Below are positions 30,756 through 40,992 of a stretch of DNA of 64,000 bases, one piece after another. The notes beneath the pieces are model-generated. The model ran no database searches and was not told the origin of the DNA. It saw only the letters and a program-made list of their open reading frames with translations. The position numbers were made by a program, and so were the translations under genes. Numbering within the stretch: position 1 is the first letter of the stretch; every line of letters begins with the position of its first letter. Source of the DNA: an uncultured Bacilli bacterium (GTDB lineage Bacteria > Bacillota_I > Bacilli_A > RF39 > UBA660); the NCBI GenBank assembly GCA_934148995.1, contig CAKPDM010000003.1, positions 66,148-130,147 on the forward strand, in the 5' to 3' direction.

Positions 30756-31946
30756 ATGAAGTGTAATATTGTTTCTTATGACCATTTTGGTAGAGGTATT
30801 ACTTATATAGATGGAAAAATAACTTTTATTAAAGGTGTAAGAATTGGTGATGAAGTAGAAATAGAATTAATTAAGGATAAGAAAAAATATTCTGTTGGAA
30901 AAGTTAAAGAAACTAAGAATTATTCTAGTATTTTTTGTCCTTATTATTATACTTGTGGTGGTTGTCAGATAGAGCAGATGACTTATCAAGAACAACTAGA
31001 ATTTAAGAAAAAGAAAGCTCTTGATATATTAACAAGATATGCTGGTATTAATCTAAATAAAATAGATATTATTCCTAGTAAAGAAAAGTATTATCGTAAT
31101 AAAGTTATTTTTCACATCGAAGAAGATAAAATTGGTTTTTATGAAGAAGAAAGTAATAAACTACTAGATATTGATAAATGTTATTTAGTAAATGATAAGA
31201 TAAATGAAATATATTTAGCTATTAAAGAATTTATTAAAGAAAATAGAAATCTAAAAGAGGTAATGATAAGAAGTTTTGATACAGAAAGTATGCTTGCTTT
31301 TAAAGGTAAATGTGAGGTGACTAATCTTTATTACTTTAAAGATAAAGTTAGTTCTTGTTATTTAAACGATAAATTGGTATTTGGTAGTGATAAGATAAAA
31401 ACTAAGATATTTACTATGGACTTTTATGTTGGACGTGATGCTTTCTTTCAAGTTAATTCTAAAGGACTTGAAAGTATCTATCGTGAAGTTATTGAAATAG
31501 TTAAGAATAAAGATATAAATACTATTTTAGATTTATATTGTGGAACAGGTACTATTTCTTTATTAGTATCACCTTATGTTAAAAAAGTTTATGGAGTAGA
31601 AATAGTTGAAGAAGCAATAGTAGATGCTAATTATAATAAGAAGGTAAATAACATTTCTAATACAGAATTTTTCTGTATGGATGCTAAAGATTTTTTAGAA
31701 AAGTATAATAAAGAGATAGATATGATTATAGTTGATCCACCAAGAAGTGGTCTATCAAGTAATGCTAGAAAACTATTACTTGCTAAAGAATGTGATAATA
31801 TTATTTATGTTTCTTGTGATTTAATGAGTTTTGCAAGAGACATAAAAGAACTAGGTGAGAAGTATAGGATAGAATCAATTAAACTAGTAGATGAATTTCC
31901 TAATACCTATCATTGTGAAAGTATTGCTGTTTTAAAAAGAAGATAA
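30756..31946 (+). CDS. 23S rRNA (uracil-C5)-methyltransferase, RlmCD/RumA family
   Basis: TRAM domain, Fe-S cysteines CPYYYTCGGCQ, SAM motif DLYCGTG, VDPPRSG and the catalytic C-terminal YHCES. Confidence 0.8.
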   Translation: MKCNIVSYDHFGRGITYIDGKITFIKGVRIGDEVEIELIKDKKKYSVGKVKETKNYSSIFCPYYYTCGGCQIEQMTYQEQLEFKKKKALDILTRYAGINLNKIDIIPSKEKYYRNKVIFHIEEDKIGFYEEESNKLLDIDKCYLVNDKINEIYLAIKEFIKENRNLKEVMIRSFDTESMLAFKGKCEVTNLYYFKDKVSSCYLNDKLVFGSDKIKTKIFTMDFYVGRDAFFQVNSKGLESIYREVIEIVKNKDINTILDLYCGTGTISLLVSPYVKKVYGVEIVEEAIVDANYNKKVNNISNTEFFCMDAKDFLEKYNKEIDMIIVDPPRSGLSSNARKLLLAKECDNIIYVSCDLMSFARDIKELGEKYRIESIKLVDEFPNTYHCESIAVLKRR

Positions 31947-32137
31947 TTTTTTTAAGTTTATGTTGCATGAAAAACAAATGTTTGTTATGATGTAACTGTA
32001 TTAATTACTTGGCACGTTAATATGACAATTGAGACGATAAAGTATGTAATTTTTAGCCAAGAAAAATTACATGCATGCTGCGGGTATACCTTTTCGAAGG
32101 AGAGGTGTACCTTTTTTGTATAGAAAGGAAAAATGAT

Positions 32138-33004
32138 ATGAATGATATTTTAAAAGAAGAAAAAATAGAAAATATGATATATGAGGTAAGAGGTAAACAG
32201 GTAATGCTTGATTCTGATTTAGCAAGATTATATGGTTGTAAGAATGGTACAAAAGAAGTAAATCAAGCAGTAAAAAATAATATTGATAAATTTCCTGTAA
32301 GATATAGTTTTCAACTTACCGATGAGGAAAGTAATAACTTGAAGTCAAAATTTTTGACCTCAAGTTTAGATAATAATTATGGTGGAAGAAGAAATAATCC
32401 AAGAGTTTTTACAGAGCAGGGAGTATATATGCTTGCAACTATACTAAAAGGAAAAAAAGCGACTAGTATGACATTATATATTATGGATGCTTTTATAGTT
32501 ATGAAAAAGTACATTTCAAATGATTTATTTAAAAATAATAATATTCTAATTAATCATGAAAATAGAATACTAAAATTAGAAGAATCATTTGATAAGTTAT
32601 CATCAAAACAATCATCTATTATTTATGATGGTAAAATATACGATGCTTATAGCATTTTAGTTGATATATTAAATAAATCAAGAGAAGAAATTATAATTAT
32701 AGATAATTATGCTAATAAAGAGTTGTTAGATGTATTAAGAAACATTAATAAAAATATCGTTATATTATCTAAGAATTTAGATTCAATTTTAATAAAAAAA
32801 TATAATAATCAGTATGATAATATTTCGTTTGTAGACAATAATCCATTCCATGACAGATACATAATTTTAGATAAAAAAGATGTTTATGTAAGTGGAATGA
32901 GTTTAAAAGATATTGGTAAAAAATATAGCTATATCTATAAGATAACCGAAGAGTTATTTATAAATGAGTTGTTAAAAAGAATAGACGGCATATTAAAAAC
33001 GTGA
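32138..33004 (+). CDS. ORF6N (KilA-N-like) domain protein with PLD-like C-terminal region
   Basis: IYEVRGKQVMLDSDLARLYG...NAVKRN-like NQAVKNNIDKFP...FTEQGVYMLATILK. C-terminal FHDRYIILD...GMSLKDIGKK. The start is taken at ATG 32138. Confidence 0.6.
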   Translation: MNDILKEEKIENMIYEVRGKQVMLDSDLARLYGCKNGTKEVNQAVKNNIDKFPVRYSFQLTDEESNNLKSKFLTSSLDNNYGGRRNNPRVFTEQGVYMLATILKGKKATSMTLYIMDAFIVMKKYISNDLFKNNNILINHENRILKLEESFDKLSSKQSSIIYDGKIYDAYSILVDILNKSREEIIIIDNYANKELLDVLRNINKNIVILSKNLDSILIKKYNNQYDNISFVDNNPFHDRYIILDKKDVYVSGMSLKDIGKKYSYIYKITEELFINELLKRIDGILKT

Positions 33005-33054
33005 ATAATATAGAAAAAAACGGTATCATATAGTAAAATATGTATTAGGCGGGA

Positions 33055-33606
33055 GTGATTAAAATTATAAGATGTAAATGGTGTAATCTAGATAATCCGT
33101 TATATGTTAAGTATCACGATGAAGAGTGGTGTCATCTTAACCTAGATGATAATTATCTATTTGAAATGTTATTATTAGAATCATTTCAAGCTGGACTTTC
33201 GTGGGAATGTGTCTTAAATAAAAGAGAAGCCTTTAGAAAAGCTTATGATAACTTTGATTTAGATAAGATATGTAGTTATAGTGATGATAAAATTAATGAG
33301 TTATTAAATAATAAAGATATTATTAGAAATAAGTTAAAAATTAAAGCAAGTATTAATAATGCTAGAATATTTAGAGATATCAAAAAAGAATATGGTAGCT
33401 TTAAAACCTATTTAAAAACATTTACTAATGAAAAAGTAATTTATGAAATTGCTAAAACAACTAATGAATTGTCTGATAATCTCTCTAAAGATTTACAAAG
33501 CCGTGGGATGAAATTTGTCGGAAGTGTTATTATCTATTCATATTTGCAAGCGATAGGTATTATCTATTCGCATGATAAAGAGTGTTATTTATATAAAAAG
33601 AAGTAA
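33055..33606 (+). CDS. tag: DNA-3-methyladenine glycosylase I
   Basis: CKWC...YHDEEWC zinc site and LFEMLLLESFQAGLSW. Confidence 0.85.
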   Translation: MIKIIRCKWCNLDNPLYVKYHDEEWCHLNLDDNYLFEMLLLESFQAGLSWECVLNKREAFRKAYDNFDLDKICSYSDDKINELLNNKDIIRNKLKIKASINNARIFRDIKKEYGSFKTYLKTFTNEKVIYEIAKTTNELSDNLSKDLQSRGMKFVGSVIIYSYLQAIGIIYSHDKECYLYKKK

Positions 33607-33626
33607 AGAGGTTGTAGTAAGGTAGT

Positions 33627-34262
33627 ATGAAAGAGAAGTATTTAAAATATTTAAATGAAGATATAAAATTTGATAAGACAACAATGATAGGAATATTTAG
33701 TTTGCTAATAGTAATAACAGGAATATTTGGTTTTCTTTATGAATTTATCTTCTATTATTTTAATGGAGGAATGAAAACTTTTTATTGGCGAGGTGGTAAT
33801 TTTTTACCTTGGATTAATATCTATGCCACAGGATCAATTATGATTTATTTTTTAACTTATAAGGATAGAAAGAAACCAATAAAAGTCTTTCTACTTAGTG
33901 TTATTTCTACAGGAATACTTGAATATTTTTCAGGACTTGGTATGTATAAGATTGCTGGTAAAAGGTGTTGGGATTATAATCAAGAAATATTAAATTTTGG
34001 TAATATTGATGGCTTTGTTTGCTTAAGAAGTGTTTTAATCTTTGGTATATTTGCCTTATTACTTATGTATATAGTTTTACCACTTTGTTTTTATATAGCA
34101 AAGAAATCTAATAAAAAGGTATTTGTTACTATTAGTGTTATTCTATGTTCTATAATTATGATAGATGAATTTTATAACCTGTTAATAGCGAGAATTTTTC
34201 ATCTACCGAGAGCCTATAATGTTTATTCTAAGTTAGGTGTTCCATATGTTAAATTTAAATAG
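33627..34262 (+). CDS. polytopic membrane protein (putative ABC-transporter type IV / DUF1113-like)
   Basis: GFLYEFIFYYF...PWINIYATGS pattern and five hydrophobic segments. Recognition is weak. Confidence 0.4.
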   Translation: MKEKYLKYLNEDIKFDKTTMIGIFSLLIVITGIFGFLYEFIFYYFNGGMKTFYWRGGNFLPWINIYATGSIMIYFLTYKDRKKPIKVFLLSVISTGILEYFSGLGMYKIAGKRCWDYNQEILNFGNIDGFVCLRSVLIFGIFALLLMYIVLPLCFYIAKKSNKKVFVTISVILCSIIMIDEFYNLLIARIFHLPRAYNVYSKLGVPYVKFK

Positions 34263-34395
34263 TTTTTGACATTATTTTTAGTTTCGTGCAAAAAGAAACT
34301 AAGAATGTAAATTAGTATTAACTTTTTTCTAATGTAAAAATATATATTAAATTTTAAAAAATGGTTTATAATAGACGTAATAGGAGGAAAATAAT

Positions 34396-35283
34396 ATGGA
34401 AAAAGCAAAAGTTTATTTTACAAAAAATATCACTAGTGAAGGACTAATAAAAATTTATGACGCCTTAAATAGAGAACTAAAAGGAAAAGTAGCCGTTAAA
34501 ATATCAACTGGTGAAATGGGAGGACATAATTATCTTGATCCTAATTTGATTAAAGATTTAGTGCATAAACTAAATGGAACAATTGTTGAGTGTAATACTG
34601 CCTATCCTGGTAAAAGAATGAAAACAGAAGACCATTTAGCAACTGCTAAAGCACATGGATTTTGTGATATAGCAGAAGTTGATATTATGGATAGTGAAGG
34701 TAGTGTTGAAATACCTGTTAATTATGAAGGTCATTTACAAAATAAAAATATAGTAGGAAGTCACATTAACAATTATGATTCAATGTTAATGCTATCACAC
34801 TTCAAAGGTCATGCTATGGGAGGTTTTGGTGGAGCTTTAAAAAATATGAGTATCGGCGTTGCTTCTAGTAACGGAAAAGCTTGGATTCACTCTGTTGGTA
34901 GAACAACTTCACCTGCTGAATTATGGAATTATACTGAAGACCAAGATGGTTTCTTAGAGAGTATGGCAGAAGCAGATAAAGCCGTTGTTGAACATTTTGG
35001 TAGTGATAATATGGCTTATATCAATGTAGCTAACAAAATTTCTATTGATTGTGACTGTGACTCTAATCCAAGTGATCCAGAAATGGCTGATATTGGAATT
35101 TATGCTAGTTTAGACCCAGTTGCTCTTGATAGATGTTGTTATGATGCTATTATTAATTCTTTAGATGAAGGCAAAGCTTCACTAATCAAAAGAATGGAAG
35201 AAAAACATGCTATTCATATTGTAGAAACAGCCGAAAAACTTGGTATCGGTACTACTGATTATGAAGTAATTAATATTGATTAA
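34396..35283 (+). CDS. DUF362 domain protein
   Basis: KVYFT...VAVKISTGE...IVECNTAY N-terminus and CDCD-containing C-terminus, typical of DUF362. Confidence 0.55.
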   Translation: MEKAKVYFTKNITSEGLIKIYDALNRELKGKVAVKISTGEMGGHNYLDPNLIKDLVHKLNGTIVECNTAYPGKRMKTEDHLATAKAHGFCDIAEVDIMDSEGSVEIPVNYEGHLQNKNIVGSHINNYDSMLMLSHFKGHAMGGFGGALKNMSIGVASSNGKAWIHSVGRTTSPAELWNYTEDQDGFLESMAEADKAVVEHFGSDNMAYINVANKISIDCDCDSNPSDPEMADIGIYASLDPVALDRCCYDAIINSLDEGKASLIKRMEEKHAIHIVETAEKLGIGTTDYEVINID

Positions 35284-35298
35284 TAATTAATTGGAGTA

Positions 35299-36348
35299 AT
35301 GATGTATACCATAGTTGATTATTTAAATTACTATAAAGATTTAACATTAGAAGAAGCGGTATTTAATAAAATTGATGATTTATTATTTGCCATACTAGTA
35401 TATCTACCAGTAGAATCTTTTAAAGGAGAAATTACTTTTGAAGAATTCTATCTTCTAGCTAAGAAATATCAGCAAGAAAATATTGGTGTTATGGTTCCTA
35501 AAGCGTATGAGTTATTAGAAATAATAAATAATTCTAAAAGATATAAAAATTTAAAAATAGCAAATTTTATTAGAAGAAGAGATAGTGATACCCAGTTTGG
35601 TGCTGCTACCTTTATCTTAGATGATAAGAAAATAATTAGTTTTAAAGGAACAGACGGCTCTTTGATTGGTTGGATTGAAAATATTAGAATATCTTATAAG
35701 TATCTAACAACAACTCAGAGCCTTGCAGTTTCTTATCTTAAAGATAATATCAAAGAAATAGATAAAACAGTATATGTCACTGGACACTCTAAAGGAGGAA
35801 ATCTTGCTTTAGTAAGTGTCATGGAACTAGATGATGAATCTTTCCAAAAGATAGTAGCAGTAGATAACTTTGATGGACCTGGTTTGAGATTAAGTGAATA
35901 TAACTCTTTAAAATATGAAAGGGTATTACCTAAACTTAATAATATTGTTCCAGCAATGTCTTGTGTTGGTATATTATTAAATAATAGTAATTATCAAGTA
36001 GTAGCTAGTAATCTTTTTGCTTTTGAACAACATTATCCAACTTCTTGGAATGTTTTTGGACAGCTGTTTGTAGAAGCCGAGTTAGCAAAATCTAGTATTC
36101 AGTTACATGAATCTACTACTGCTGGACTTGAAAATTTAAACCAAGAGAAAATAGAATATGCTTTTGAAACTTTATTTACAAATCTAGGAAAAGAATATAC
36201 TCAACCAGTAAAAGTTACAATGGAAGACATAAAAAATATTTTAAAGAATATGAAAAATATAGATAGAGAAGTCTATAGTTATATGGAAACTATACTAAGT
36301 GCAATGTTTAGTGTTTCCTATAAAGATAGCGATTTAGAGGTATTATGA
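35299..36348 (+). CDS. DUF2974 (Mbeg1-like) alpha/beta-hydrolase protein
   Basis: ISFKGTDGSLIGWIEN and the nucleophile elbow TGHSKGGNLA. Confidence 0.65.
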   Translation: MMYTIVDYLNYYKDLTLEEAVFNKIDDLLFAILVYLPVESFKGEITFEEFYLLAKKYQQENIGVMVPKAYELLEIINNSKRYKNLKIANFIRRRDSDTQFGAATFILDDKKIISFKGTDGSLIGWIENIRISYKYLTTTQSLAVSYLKDNIKEIDKTVYVTGHSKGGNLALVSVMELDDESFQKIVAVDNFDGPGLRLSEYNSLKYERVLPKLNNIVPAMSCVGILLNNSNYQVVASNLFAFEQHYPTSWNVFGQLFVEAELAKSSIQLHESTTAGLENLNQEKIEYAFETLFTNLGKEYTQPVKVTMEDIKNILKNMKNIDREVYSYMETILSAMFSVSYKDSDLEVL

Positions 36349-37079
36349 AAAAGAAAATATTAATTACCATAGCAGTTGTTATTGTTATTTTAATAGTTAC
36401 TTTTTCAGTTATAATCGGTCATTTCGTAAAAAGTGATTTAACGATGGAAAGTGATTTAACAAAAGAAATAACAGAAATTAATTTATTAATAGAAAACAAT
36501 AGTAAAGATACTAGTAGTATTGATCAAAGATTAAATACTATCAATACTAGTGGAGATTATGTTTTGGTAGAGAAAGCTGCTAAAAGATATTTAAAAGATA
36601 AGAAAGAACTATTTACATCTTTATATGCTACTTTAGATAATACTGATAAGATAGAAAAGGTCTTAACGATTGAAAATATTAAAGCTGATGCTAAAAACTT
36701 TACTAATACAATGAATCTTTTAAATACAACTGGTTTAGAACTAACTAGTCTAAGAGAAAAGTATGTTAATTTAACTAGTGAGAAAACTATTCTTAGCTAT
36801 TTAAATAAGAATTTAAGAGAAGATAATTACTATAAAGAATATTATCTTAACGAATTAATGCAAGATATGACTAAGAATGAAGAAGATTTAAAAGCAATTG
36901 ATGATTTATTAGATACAATTGTTGATTTAAAAGAAGTATTTAACTTTTTAATAACAAATCAAAATAACTGGAATATAGAAAATGATAAAATAATGTTTAG
37001 TAGTGAAGAGTTATATAATACTTATAAACGGTTATTAACTAGCATAAGTGAAGAAACCAAAACTACTAATAACATATAA
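36345..37079 (+). CDS. hypothetical membrane-anchored protein
   Basis: N-terminal TM helix. Overlaps the stop of the upstream gene. Confidence 0.5.
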   Translation: MKKKILITIAVVIVILIVTFSVIIGHFVKSDLTMESDLTKEITEINLLIENNSKDTSSIDQRLNTINTSGDYVLVEKAAKRYLKDKKELFTSLYATLDNTDKIEKVLTIENIKADAKNFTNTMNLLNTTGLELTSLREKYVNLTSEKTILSYLNKNLREDNYYKEYYLNELMQDMTKNEEDLKAIDDLLDTIVDLKEVFNFLITNQNNWNIENDKIMFSSEELYNTYKRLLTSISEETKTTNNI

Positions 37080-37186
37080 TTTACAGAAAGGTTGTCAATT
37101 ATAAATTATCACTTTTAAAATATTAGAAAATTCTTGCTAGTATTAAGTATCTTATGATAATCTTTAAAAGAAAAAGGTGATGCTAG

Positions 37187-37687
37187 ATGGATGAAGAGTT
37201 TTTAGATATTATTAAAGATATAATAGAAAATGATGAAGTTAAGAAGATGAAAAATTATCGTCAACATGCTGATACTAGTTGTTACGAACATTGCTATAAT
37301 GCTGCATATTACTGTTATTTACTTTCTAAAAAATTTAATTTAGATTATAAATCTTGTGCTAGAGCAGCTATGCTTCATGATTTCTATTTATATGACTGGC
37401 GCGTAAAAGATAAAGCTCATAAATGGCACGCTTTTACTCATCCAAGAAAAGCTTTAGATAAATCTCTTTCTATCTTTTCCCTAAATGAAACAGAAAAAGA
37501 TATTATCATAAACCATATGTGGCCTGTAACAATTAAACTACCAAGGACAAAAGAAGCCTTGATATTAACTTTAGTAGATAAATACTGTGCTACTTATGAA
37601 ACATCTAACTATTTTTTAAAACAATTAAAAAAGAAACCAACCTGGCAATATGCTTACTTAATGCTTTGGTTAGTTATTAGAAAATAA
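37187..37687 (+). CDS. HD-domain phosphohydrolase
   Basis: H...HD (AAMLHDFYLYD) and downstream His residues. Confidence 0.65.
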   Translation: MDEEFLDIIKDIIENDEVKKMKNYRQHADTSCYEHCYNAAYYCYLLSKKFNLDYKSCARAAMLHDFYLYDWRVKDKAHKWHAFTHPRKALDKSLSIFSLNETEKDIIINHMWPVTIKLPRTKEALILTLVDKYCATYETSNYFLKQLKKKPTWQYAYLMLWLVIRK

Positions 37688-37725
37688 AGAAGAAATGCTT
37701 ATTATTCAAGTATTTCTTCTTTTTA
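37687..37725 (+). terminator. rho-independent terminator
   Basis: AAGAAGAAAT ... ATTTCTTCTT followed by TTTT. Confidence 0.65.
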
Positions 37726-37854
37726 ATAGTACGGGAAAAGCTAAAATGTTTCTATTTTATTGTTTATAATAATCATTAATAGTATAATAGCGACGGAAAT
37801 ACTTAATAATTAGAGTGCTTGCCTTTTTTCTTTAAGGAAAGGAGGCTTGATATT

Positions 37855-37928
37855 ATGTCAAAAAAGACTTTTTAATACCATTTTTAGTAATAATTATCAT
37901 TTTACTAATCGGCCTACTTTATAGATAG
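37855..37928 (+). other. small hydrophobic-peptide ORF (type I toxin-like), out of frame at an A6 run
   Basis: Strong SD AAGGAAAGGAGG, then ATG TCA AAA AAG ACT TTT TAA. Adding one A would give MSKKDFLIPFLVIIIILLIGLLYR*. The SD can pair with GCCTTTTTTC just upstream. A 15-nt inverted repeat (37795-37809 / 38003-38017) plus a T-run brackets the unit. Confidence 0.3.
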
Positions 37929-38141
37929 ACCAGTAAAAAAGCACTCAATCTAATAGATTGTAGTGCTAACCAAAACTTAAAAAGTAAGTACTCAAAATCT
38001 GGATATTAAGTATTTCCTTTTTTATTATATGAAGTCTCCTTCATCTATATATATACATAGTAACATAGACCTACCTTTTCAGCAAGTAGATTGCTAAAAA
38101 AGTAAAAACATGTTAAAATACGTAGGAAGGGAGATTTTTTT

Positions 38142-38810
38142 GTGGAAGAATTATTTGAAAAATTAAAAATAAGTCCTAAGAATCTTACACTTTATAATAC
38201 AGCAGTATCTCACTCATCATATGCTAATGAACATAAAGCTAAAAAAGATTATGAAAGATTAGAATTTTTGGGAGATGCTGTAGTTGATTTAGTAGTTGCT
38301 GATTATTTATATCGTTATGAAAAAGAAACTGAAGGAGAAATGACTAAAGTAAGAGCAAGCTACGTTTGTGAAAATGCTTTATATAGATATTCAATGGATA
38401 TGGGTTTTAATAACTATATAAAAGTAGGTCATGGAGAAGAAAATAGTGGAGGAAAATATAAAAAAGCAATTGTTGCTGATATATTTGAAGCTATTATGGG
38501 AGCTATTTATTTAGACCTTGGTTATGAAACTGTTAGAAGAGTAATACTAGATATAGTAGTACCATATATTCAAAATCCAAATATAGTTTTCTTTGAAGAC
38601 TATAAATCAGCACTTCAACAAGCAGTACAAACAACAAGACAAAGTGTAATTTATGAAGTAGTAAAAGAAGAAGGACCAGCACACGATAAAACATTTACAA
38701 TCGAAGCAAAAGTAGATGGAATTATCTATGGTAAAGGGGTAGGCAGTAGTAAAAAAGATGCTGAACAAATAGCAGCAAAAGATGCTTTAGAGAAGTTGGC
38801 AAAGAATTGA
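38142..38810 (+). CDS. rnc: ribonuclease III
   Basis: Signature ERLEFLGDAVVDLVV and a C-terminal dsRBD (GPAHDKTF...GSSKKDAEQIAAKDALEKL). GTG start after GGAAGGGAG. Confidence 0.9.
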   Translation: MEELFEKLKISPKNLTLYNTAVSHSSYANEHKAKKDYERLEFLGDAVVDLVVADYLYRYEKETEGEMTKVRASYVCENALYRYSMDMGFNNYIKVGHGEENSGGKYKKAIVADIFEAIMGAIYLDLGYETVRRVILDIVVPYIQNPNIVFFEDYKSALQQAVQTTRQSVIYEVVKEEGPAHDKTFTIEAKVDGIIYGKGVGSSKKDAEQIAAKDALEKLAKN

Positions 38811-39268
38811 AAGTAGAGCATTTAAGAATATTTTCATTCTTAAAAAATTCCTGTATATCACAACAGGAACAAATTGATAGATCCAAAATGATACTAGTAA
38901 AGGATTTATTAGTTAATGGTGATTTGTTAGAAAATGAAGAAATTAAGATGATCTCTGCTAAACTAACCACTACTTATAATAATGGTAGTGAAATAGTAGA
39001 ATTTTATAAAGAGTTTATCGATGAACTAGAAGAAACTAGTAGTACTTTATTACTTGGAAGTTTATTGACTGATAACATTGCAGTTGAGAATTATTTGATT
39101 TATCAAGAAAAATATCATGAGTTATTTTATCGCTATTTAGAAACTGATATAGATGATGTAATTTCTGTTTTTTCTAATCGTGAACAAGAAAAAATATTAT
39201 CTAACACAATAGATGTGGAAGAGAAAAAACTATATAAAAAAATAAAAACTTATAAGGAGGGAAAATAA
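38807..39268 (+). CDS. hypothetical protein
   Basis: ORF translationally coupled between rnc and the RNase J gene. No motif recognised. Confidence 0.45.
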   Translation: MKVEHLRIFSFLKNSCISQQEQIDRSKMILVKDLLVNGDLLENEEIKMISAKLTTTYNNGSEIVEFYKEFIDELEETSSTLLLGSLLTDNIAVENYLIYQEKYHELFYRYLETDIDDVISVFSNREQEKILSNTIDVEEKKLYKKIKTYKEGK

Positions 39269-40921
39269 ATGAGTAAAATTAAAATATTTAGTTTAGGTGG
39301 ACTAAACGAAAATGGTAAAAATATGTATATCGTTGATGTCGATAAATCATTATATATATTTGATGCCGGTTTAAAATATGATGTTGAAATGAATCTTGGA
39401 ATAGATTATATTATTCCAAATTTTGATTACTTAGTAAAAAATAAAAAAAGAATAAAAGGAATTTTCTTAAGTCACGGTCATGAAGGAAATATTGGTGCTG
39501 TACCAGATTTAGTAAATAAACTAGGTGATGTTCCAATCTATGGTGGAAAGTTAACACTTGAAATATTAAGAATAGATTTAGAAGAAGCAGGAATTAAAAA
39601 AGCTAATTTACATGAGATTAAAGCACATCGAAAATTAAACTTTGGTAGTGAAAGTATTTTTCCAATTGCTATGACTCATTCTATTCCAGATGCTTTCTGT
39701 TATGTTCTATACACTAAAGATGGAGCAATTGTTTATACTGGAGACTTTACTTTTGACCATGCTACTAGAAGTTTATATCAAACCGATTTAGGGAAATTAG
39801 CTTATGTTGGGAAGCAAGGAGTTTTATGTTTATTAGCTGAATCATTATATGCTGCTCGTCCTGGTTATACTAGTCCAAACCATCGTGTACAAGACTTTAT
39901 TAGAACAGTACTTACTAAGAATGAGGATAGAATAATTGTGACAATCTTTCCAGCCCATTTCTATCGTATTCAAGAGTTATTCGATGAAATATCACAAACC
40001 CATCGTAAGATTGTTATCATGGGAAAAAGTTTACAAAGTATGATTAACTATGGAATTGAAAATAAATACTTAGAAATAAATCCTAAAGTTATCGGAGATT
40101 TATCTAACTTAAATGATAAAGACGTAGTAGTATTTATTTCCGATGAGAGAGAAAAACCATTCGCTAATTTAGAAAGAATCATTAAAGGTTACGATAAATT
40201 CATTAAGCTAAAAGATACAGATACTATCTTTATTAGTGAACCAAGTGCTGAAGGAATGGAACGTCGTCTTGCTCTTATTATGGATGAAATTGCTATGTTA
40301 GGAGTTAATGCTATCAGCTTATCAAGTAAAAAACATCTTTTACATCACGCTTCTAGTGAAGACTTAAAGATGATGCTTAACTTATTAAGACCAAAATATC
40401 TATTTCCTGTAAAAGGTGAATATCGTAATCAATACGCGTTTGCAGAGATAGCAGAAGAAATGAATATTCCTAAAGAAAATATCTTTTTAAAACAAAATGG
40501 TGATGTTGTAACATTAGAAGACGGCATCTTTAAAGATACAAATGAACATATCAATGTTGATGAAGTATTAATAGATGGAAAAGATTCTAGTGATATCGGT
40601 AACCTAGTCTTAAAAGATCGTGAAATGTTAGGAGAGAATGGAATCGTTATTATCAGTTGTACTTTAGATAGAGAAACTAAAGAAGTAATAGCAGGACCGA
40701 AAATCTTAACAAGAGGATTTATCTATGTAAAAGAAAATCAAGATTTAGTAGAAAATATTAAGAATCTTTCTAAAGAAGTAATTGAATCTAATATTGAAAC
40801 AGGTACTAAAAAAGTTGATTATGCTAAGATAAAAGCTGATGTTAGGGACCAGCTTGGCAAGTATTTATATCAAGAAATTGGTTCTAAACCAATGATTATT
40901 ACTGTAGTACAAGAAGTGTAG
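39269..40921 (+). CDS. ribonuclease J family protein with degenerate metal-binding motif II
   Basis: MBL/beta-CASP layout: IFSLGGLNENGKNMY, THSIPDA, TGDFTFD, HHASSEDL. SHGHEGNIG replaces the canonical HGHEDHIG. Confidence 0.8.
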   Translation: MSKIKIFSLGGLNENGKNMYIVDVDKSLYIFDAGLKYDVEMNLGIDYIIPNFDYLVKNKKRIKGIFLSHGHEGNIGAVPDLVNKLGDVPIYGGKLTLEILRIDLEEAGIKKANLHEIKAHRKLNFGSESIFPIAMTHSIPDAFCYVLYTKDGAIVYTGDFTFDHATRSLYQTDLGKLAYVGKQGVLCLLAESLYAARPGYTSPNHRVQDFIRTVLTKNEDRIIVTIFPAHFYRIQELFDEISQTHRKIVIMGKSLQSMINYGIENKYLEINPKVIGDLSNLNDKDVVVFISDEREKPFANLERIIKGYDKFIKLKDTDTIFISEPSAEGMERRLALIMDEIAMLGVNAISLSSKKHLLHHASSEDLKMMLNLLRPKYLFPVKGEYRNQYAFAEIAEEMNIPKENIFLKQNGDVVTLEDGIFKDTNEHINVDEVLIDGKDSSDIGNLVLKDREMLGENGIVIISCTLDRETKEVIAGPKILTRGFIYVKENQDLVENIKNLSKEVIESNIETGTKKVDYAKIKADVRDQLGKYLYQEIGSKPMIITVVQEV

Positions 40922-40947
40922 TTTTAGGTTGAAACACACTTCTTTTT
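40911..40947 (+). terminator. rho-independent terminator
   Basis: AAGAAGTGT ... ACACTTCTT followed by TTT. Confidence 0.6.
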
Positions 40948-40992
40948 GTGATAAAATTTTTTTAGAAATAAGAATAGAGGTGTGTTATAAAA

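Noticed and set aside
32047-32116. Two hairpins upstream of the ORF6N gene (GTAATTTTT...AAAAATTAC, and GGTATACC...GGTGTACC plus a T-run), considered as a riboswitch or attenuator.
   Set aside because: No conserved riboswitch core is recognisable. The simplest reading is a terminator for the upstream methyltransferase gene plus an AT-rich stem.
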